Positions 50,901 to 57,317 of a stretch of DNA of 57,317 nucleotides are shown here, piece after piece. Each line of letters begins with the position of its first letter. Position 1 is the first letter of the stretch. The DNA comes from Octopus bimaculoides (lineage: Eukaryota). The notes under the pieces were generated by a model, which was given only the letters and a program-made list of their open reading frames with translations, ran no database searches and was not told the origin of the DNA. The stretch spans positions 136,430,250 through 136,487,566 of the forward strand of contig NC_068981.1 in NCBI RefSeq assembly GCF_001194135.2, in the 5' to 3' direction. The position numbers were made by a program, and so were the translations under genes.

Positions 50901-51283
50901 CTCCGTGAGTGCTTTACACCACCAGAGGGACCTATCTTAACACTTTCGTTAAGCAAGTTTCTTACCACATAGTTGTGCCTGCACCTATTTAACATCTGCT
51001 TTTCATGCTGGCATGGTTTGGATCTCCACAGAACAAGTCAGTTCTCATTTTACTCCATTACTTTGTAGATGACAGTTGCTTGTGTTTCACTTTTGGCTTG
51101 GTTCCTCTGGCTGGACAACTTTCCTCTCAGTCTTTATAGTGTATTCTGCCGGAGCCTTGTGGAGCTTTTAGGTGTTTTTGCTCAATAAACACACACAACG
51201 CCCAGTCTGGGAATCGAAATCGCGATCCTCTGACCGCGAGTCTGCTGCCCTAACCACTGGGCCATTGAACCTCCAGAATAAAT

Positions 51284-51527
51284 ACGCCCTTTTAAAGCCT
51301 AGCCAGGCTCATGAGCCTGGTTTCCTGGTTTCAATGGCGTATATGTTCCCCAGCTGGACGGGACGCCAGTCCATCATAGCATTACTCNNNNNNNNNNAAG
51401 TGGACTGGAGCAATGTGAAATGAAGTGTTTTGCTCAAGAACACAACATGTCGCCCGGTCCAGGAATCAAAACCACAATTTTACGGCCATGATGCTGGCAC
51501 CCTAACCACTAAGCCACATGCCTCCAC
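51284..51527 (-). mobile_element. V-like SINE, second copy
   Basis: aligns with 48061-48307. Confidence 0.75.
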
Positions 51528-51811
51528 ACCATAACTTAATAGAGAATCCTTTTGAACTTACACTTTCTCTCTTCATCTGCCAATCACTTTATGTATATGC
51601 ATAAACACACACACTCACACACACACATAAACACGCACATGCACAGCATTCAATTTAGCCAATTTTAACTCTCTATGTGAAACTATTGTTGTTATGGTTA
51701 TTGCATTGAAGTAATAATATATTGGAGTTTATTGCTGTGTTAAATAATAATGCTCTTAAATTCAGAAGAAATATTTTTATAGTCATCAATTACTAATTCA
51801 ATATATATATC

Positions 51812-51845
<34 letters not shown>

Positions 51846-52009
51846 CACTCCGTACATATAAATACTTATTCCCACATATATTTATTTTATATATATATAT
51901 ATGATAGCCGTCCACTCATAACTGAGGAAAACCATTACTGACCTTTGGGAACATTGTGCACATAAGACTACCTTATAATTTACACTTGTGGCTCTGCAAG
52001 TATATATAT

Positions 52010-52218
52010 ATATCCTTTTACTTGTTTCAGTCATTTTGACTGCAGCCATGCTGGAGCACCACCTTTAGTCAAGCAAATCGACCCCGGGACTTATTCTGTG
52101 TAAGCCTAGTACTTATTCTATCGGTCTGTTTTGCTGAACCACTAAGTTATGGGGACGTAAACACCAGCATCGGTTGTCAAGTGATGTTGGGACACACACA
52201 CACACACACAAACATATC

Positions 52219-52254
<36 letters not shown>

Positions 52255-52380
52255 ACGGGCTTCTTTCAGTTTCCATCTACCAAATCCACTCACAAGGCTT
52301 TGGTCGGCCCAAGGCTATAGTAGAAGACGCTTGCCCAAGGTGCCACATAGTGGGACTGAACTTGGAATCATGTGGTTTGG
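52010..52380 (-). mobile_element. SINE family A
   Basis: family motifs. Confidence 0.85.
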
Positions 52381-52589
52381 ATTTATTAAATGAGAGATTT
52401 TATATGTAAAAATTCCATCCCAACCCACTTTTTTAATACATTAAACAGGTGGATTTATTATCAGTAGATTTATAAAGCGGGATCTACTGTATTGCCCTAC
52501 TCACAACTCACATAAAAAAATTCAAACTTGGATCTCAGTGGGAAGTATTTTTAATAAATATAATTATAGTGAAAAGTAGTGACAAATTC

Positions 52590-52950
52590 ATGAGGTGGTT
52601 AGGGCAGTGGACTCGTGGTTTCAATTCCCAGACCGGGCGTTGTGAGTATTTATTGAGTGAAAACACCTAAAGCTCCACGAGGCTCCGGCAGGGGATGGTG
52701 ATGAACCCTGCTGTACTCTTTCACCACAACTTTCTCTCACTCTTACTTCCTGTTTCTGTTGTGCCTGTAATCCAAAGGGTCAGCCTTGTCACACTGTATC
52801 ACGCTGAATATCCCCGAGAACTACGTTAAGCGTACACGTGTCTGTGGAGTGCTCAGCTACTTGCACATTAATTTCACAAGCAGGCTGTTCCGTTGATCGG
52901 ATCAACTGGAACCCTCGACATCGTAAGCGACGGAGTGCCAACACAACACA
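52590..52950 (+). mobile_element. tRNA-derived SINE of a further family (Deu/Nin-like core, unassigned)
   Basis: ggtggttaggg..ggtttcaattccc head; aagctccacgaggctccggcag; cacttgcacattaatttcacaagcagg; partial reverse copy at 51145-51275. Confidence 0.7.
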
Positions 52951-53589
52951 GTGACAAATTATCAAAAATCGCTTACTAAGCAAGATGATTTGAGTTTGAA
53001 GTTGAAAACAAACCAATGATAATCAAAATAAGCACTTTTATTATTTCAATAATAGTGTTTACTTTAATTGTAACTACTTTTTACCTCTGCTATGGTCAAT
53101 GGTAGCAATACCATTGCCAACACTTAGAATCATTAAACAAATTGTTGGCATCCCCATCGCCTAAGGGGCCACTCCTGATAGCTTAGCAGATGAAGCCACA
53201 TGTCCCAACCTCCCATCTTTACCTTGCTTTAAATGATTAGGTACTTGTTAGATAGAATTATGAAATCTTCGAAATTTAATGAAACAGTTATCTTGAAATT
53301 ACTAATTGTGATTTTTCATTTCTTTTTCTGTCAAAGTATATGTTTTTCCTGTAACAGTTCTGGGATCAAATTTACAAAGGATATCTAAATAACCCACTGT
53401 TAAAACATCTGACTTTCTAGGATACAGAAATGATGATGAGGGTCCCTTAGGTTCAAGAAAGGTGAGTTTTACTTGCATAGTTTCTGGGTATGTTTCTAGA
53501 ACACAGTCTAACTACCAATCACCATCATAAATTGCAGCTACTAACCCTTTTATATCCTCAAATTGAATAGCATCTTGTATGGAGATTCT

Positions 53590-54912
53590 AATTTTATGTA
53601 TAATTATCTATCGCAGATATAATTTTTACCTTAATTTCTGAAGGTGAGTTTGGGATAAAGCCATGCAACTTTTGTGTCCCTGGAATTGTCCTTGCATTTC
53701 TAAATCTCTCACTCAACAAATTTTCCTCATTCTGCATTTCATCATTTGAGGAGTAAAATTAATTTCAGGAATGTTTTGCTGACCATAATCATAAAGTTGT
53801 CTTGGAGTCATGATTTGTTCATGAAAGGGCATTGTAAGCTTACCCGAGCTGCCATTCATTTAATTGTACCTCCTAAGCCATCACAAGGTCCCCTGCCATG
53901 AGAAGTAGCAAAGAAGAGCCACTCTGCATCAGTTTGGAAATCTATAGAATGGTAGCATAAATTTATAAAATTCTTACAATTTTTACATTGTGAAGCAGCA
54001 CCATCTGAGAAATGGATAATTTTGTTGATATTAAAGGCTTTGCCCCAAAGAAAATCTGTCATGCTTCATACAGTCGGATATAACAACAACATTGCTGTTA
54101 GTAACATCATTGTTTAGTTTATAATAACATATGGATGGATAGTGGCTTGGGCATTGTTCCAATGAAATTCTTGTACAACATCATGCAAGATGAATGAATA
54201 ATTCCCTGAAAAATCTGCTATGATTAAGATTTCTCCTTCACTTAAAGATTCTTTTTTTGAAGTACAAAATTTAGATTGTTCCTTTGCAATGAAATCATGT
54301 ACTTTAAGCTTTTGACAGAAAATTTTAATAAAATCATCTATTGATTTTGATATATTTTCTAGGATTGTCCTGTCTGTTGTTCTTCATTGCTTATACTGTA
54401 CTTCAATCATATTCACATAAGATTTTTTCAAGCTCTTCTAGCAAAGAATTACAATTTGAACAGTCATTTGTTGTTGGGCTGCAAGTAATTGATTCCAAAC
54501 ATTGTTTATAATCAATCAAGAGAAACTTCATATCCTTGGTTAAATCTGATAGTTTCATGCCAGAAATCATTAGTTTGACATTCTGATGAATGGTGCATAC
54601 ACATAGATTATGTGTACCAGCACTACCTGCAAGTAGGCATTCTTTTGGCCTTAGCTCTGCAAATTTTGAGGAACTAATTTTGATTTACTCCTTTTACTCC
54701 TTTACTTTTTTCAGTCATTTGACTGCAGCCATGCTGGAGCACCACCTTTATAATCGAGCAAATCGACCCCCAGAGCTTAATTTTTGTAAGCCTAGTACTT
54801 ATTCTATTGGTCTCTTTTGCCAAACCGCTAAGTTACGGGGACGCAAACACACCAGCATCAGTTGTCAAGTGATGCTGGGGGGACAAACAGACACACAAAC
54901 ATATGGACACAT

Positions 54913-54955
<43 letters not shown>

Positions 54956-55950
54956 CATATACGACAGGCTTCTTCCAGTTTCTGTCTACTAAATCCACTC
55001 ACAAGGCTTTGGTCGGCCCGAGGCTACAGTAGAAGACACTTGCCCAAGGTGCCACGCAGTGGGACTGAACTTGGGACCATGTGGTTTGTAAGGAAGCTAC
55101 TTACTACACAGCCACTCCTGCACTTTAATTTAAACAATTGGAAGGCTTCCTTTAAGTTACAAAATACGGAGTACTTTATCTCATGGACTCTTTTGTCATC
55201 TTTTTTTTACTGATTTGTAATCCTTTTTTCCTGGCATAACTCTGTTTACTTCATTTTTATAAAACTGAGAAACACAATTGTCACTTTCTTGAGGAAATGT
55301 CCTTTTTCTATGGTTAGGAGTGATAAAATCCCTTGCTCATTGACCAGCCCTTTAGCTTGTCCAGTCATGTAATCATGCACATTGAACTCCCTTTGGAATT
55401 TTCTCAAAGACCAGCTTTTTGGTAGAATTGCTAACATTTGCAGTTTTCTGTTGTGAATTTTGCTTTTAACTGTTTGATTATTTCACTTTCAGGGTGATGA
55501 TCTTTAAGCTCTTTTGATGATTCACCAACTTCCCTTCTAGGTGAAATCTTTTGAGCAAAAGCATTTTCCATTTATTTTCTGTTTTTTTCTCAGCATACAT
55601 GATGGTGGTATCTGTCTTTTGTTTTTTTATTGGAGATTCTCCAATTTCAGACAGAACATTGTTGAAGATCTCTGATTCTGCATTTTCTTCTACGAAAATA
55701 TCTGTTGATGATGAAGTCACTTTAATGGTAGTTGATATATCATCTCTCATATTTTTTGATGATGGTTCAATTTGAAATGTGGGCAAAGCTTTTCTGCAAG
55801 TGTCACATATTTTTTGTCCAGGAATTAGGCTTGCTTTAGGATATTTTTAATGCAAAATCTGCTGTTATTCCTAACACTTTTCTTGCTTAGCTAAAAATCT
55901 TTCCTTTACATCCAGAAATTAACTTAAATGGTCATATATATCCAATCTGA
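53590..55950 (-). pseudogene. decayed DNA transposase, Chapaev3-like (CMC superfamily), split by a SINE
   Basis: LIPGQKICDTCRK; LAILPKSWSLRKFQREF; AGTHNLCVCTIHQNVKLM; HFSDGAASQCKN; WLFFATSHGRGPCDGLGGTIK; IPGTQKLHGFIP; termini not resolved; family assignment from remembered motifs. Confidence 0.8.
54695..55122 (-). mobile_element. SINE family A inserted in the transposase
   Basis: near-intact copy. Confidence 0.85.
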
Positions 55951-56098
55951 AAAAAAATAAGAATTGAGTAATCCAACTAGGCTGTATAACATGAACCATA
56001 GTTAACAGAACTTTTTTTTTATTTGAGTTGTGACTAAGTAGGGCAATATTTGGACAAAATATCAGAAACATTCATGATTGCGTCTGTTGACCTATGAA

Positions 56099-56839
56099 AG
56101 GTCAAAGGTAAAATTTTAGGTCAACTTTTTTTATTTTTATTGTGAGGAAAAAAATACACGTTACAGACGTTGTAGATATATTTAAATGCTTTAAAATGAA
56201 AAAAAAAAAAAAATTAGCTTTCTAGGCGCAGGACTGGCTGTGTGGTAAGCAGCTTGCTTACCAATCACATGGTTCTGGGTTCAGTCCCACTGCGTGGCAC
56301 CTTGGGCAAATGTCTTCTACTATAGCTTCAGACCGACCAAAGCCTTGTGAGTGGATTTGGTAGACGGAAACTGAAAGAAGCCCGTCGTATATATGTATAT
56401 ATATGTGTGTGTGCTTGTGTGTCTGTGTTTGTCCCCCAACATCGCTTGACAACCGATGCTGGTGTGTTTATGTCCCCGTAACTTAGCGGTTCGGCAAAAG
56501 AGACTGATAGAATAAGTACTAGGCTCACAAAGAATAAGTCCTGGGGTCGATTTGCTCGACTAAAGGTGGTGCTCCAGCATGGCCGCAGTCAAAAGACTGA
56601 AACGAGTAAAAGAGTTTCTAGGTCAAATAGTAGCCGAGATATGACTTCTCAAAGTTATTGAGTAACTGAAAAAATGTCACTTTTTTAAAAATTTCAGGTT
56701 TCATATAAAGGCCATTTAGCATGTAAAGTTTGAAAGAAATCGGTTTCAGTCACCTTTGGTACCTGTGTTGATTTTGCATGTATTTCATCCTTGCAGTAAA
56801 AATCAAAAAAAGGTTGACCTAAAATTTGACCTTTGACCT
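56099..56839. mobile_element. MITE-like element with ~35-50-bp inverted ends (AGGTCAAAGGT.AAATTTTAGGTCAAC)
   Basis: 56099-56132 versus 56805-56839, 2 mismatches; no TSD recognised. Confidence 0.6.
56227..56614 (+). mobile_element. young SINE family A with 8-bp TSD
   Basis: tttctagg at 56219-56226 and 56615-56622; CpGs retained. Confidence 0.92.
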
Positions 56840-57088
56840 GTTATTATAATTGATGTTGAAACAATTGTAGTGTTACTTAATCCATTTCCTATTATTTATA
56901 TTTTTCTATAGATATTTACAAAATTCCAGATATCTATCCAGTGATATGATCAATCTCAGTGTATGATAGTATTTGTTTGTTGATATCTGTAGATGAGCTT
57001 TGTAAAGTAAACTACAAAGTTTATACCCAAATTGAACTTATACACACATATTTCCATTTATTGACTTTTCATTTCTTCCAATTGCAAG

Positions 57089-57317
57089 TTTTCTTTTCAG
57101 GTACACGACACTGCTTTTCCCCTTCCCAGGCTACAGGCCCACACCCCCAACACCCATACTGTTAGGATTGGCACTCTCAACGTCGGCACGCTGAAAGGTA
57201 GATCTGGTGAAATTGTTGAGATGCTTGAACGGAGACGCGTAGATATGTGCTGCATCCAGGAAGTAAGATGGAGAGGAGGTTCTGCGAGGTTCCTCACAGG
57301 CAAAGAACACAGGTACA
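57089..57317 (+). mobile_element. RTE LINE, start of ORF (APE endonuclease), runs off the window
   Basis: VRIGTLNVGTLKGRSGEIVEMLERRRVDMCCIQEVRWRG; no stops from 57065 to the end; CpGs retained. Confidence 0.92.

Noticed and set aside
53617-53643. Plus-strand mini-exon with gtgagt donor
   Set aside because: It is the antisense of the transposase segment IPGTQKLHGFIP...EIKVK.

Overview
AT-rich eukaryotic scaffold with N-gaps and many (TA)n/(CA)n/(CT)n microsatellites. The SINE and LINE tails look like those I recall from Octopus (a coleoid cephalopod); this is recognition from memory, not a search result. One host gene is well supported: the last six coding exons (+ strand, 4677-16863) of a raw/OLRN-1-like NDT-like-domain protein, rebuilt from phase-consistent GT-AG exons (753 nt, open to the stop codon). 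The ORF track misses it. Most of the rest is a transposon graveyard: several tRNA-derived SINE families, RTE LINE pieces including an apparently intact APE 5' end at the right edge, an RLE-type LINE, a Penelope GIY-YIG fragment with a hammerhead-like core, piggyBac, Tc1/mariner, Chapaev-like and Helitron fossils, and MITEs (hAT, piggyBac-like, mariner, and a Merlin-like family with a telomeric palindrome core). The most unusual signal is a recurring set of local templated rearrangements: short segments copied about 2.1-2.4 kb downstream, a perfect inverted copy of a transposon flank, and a triplicated TIR. SINE boundaries are approximate.
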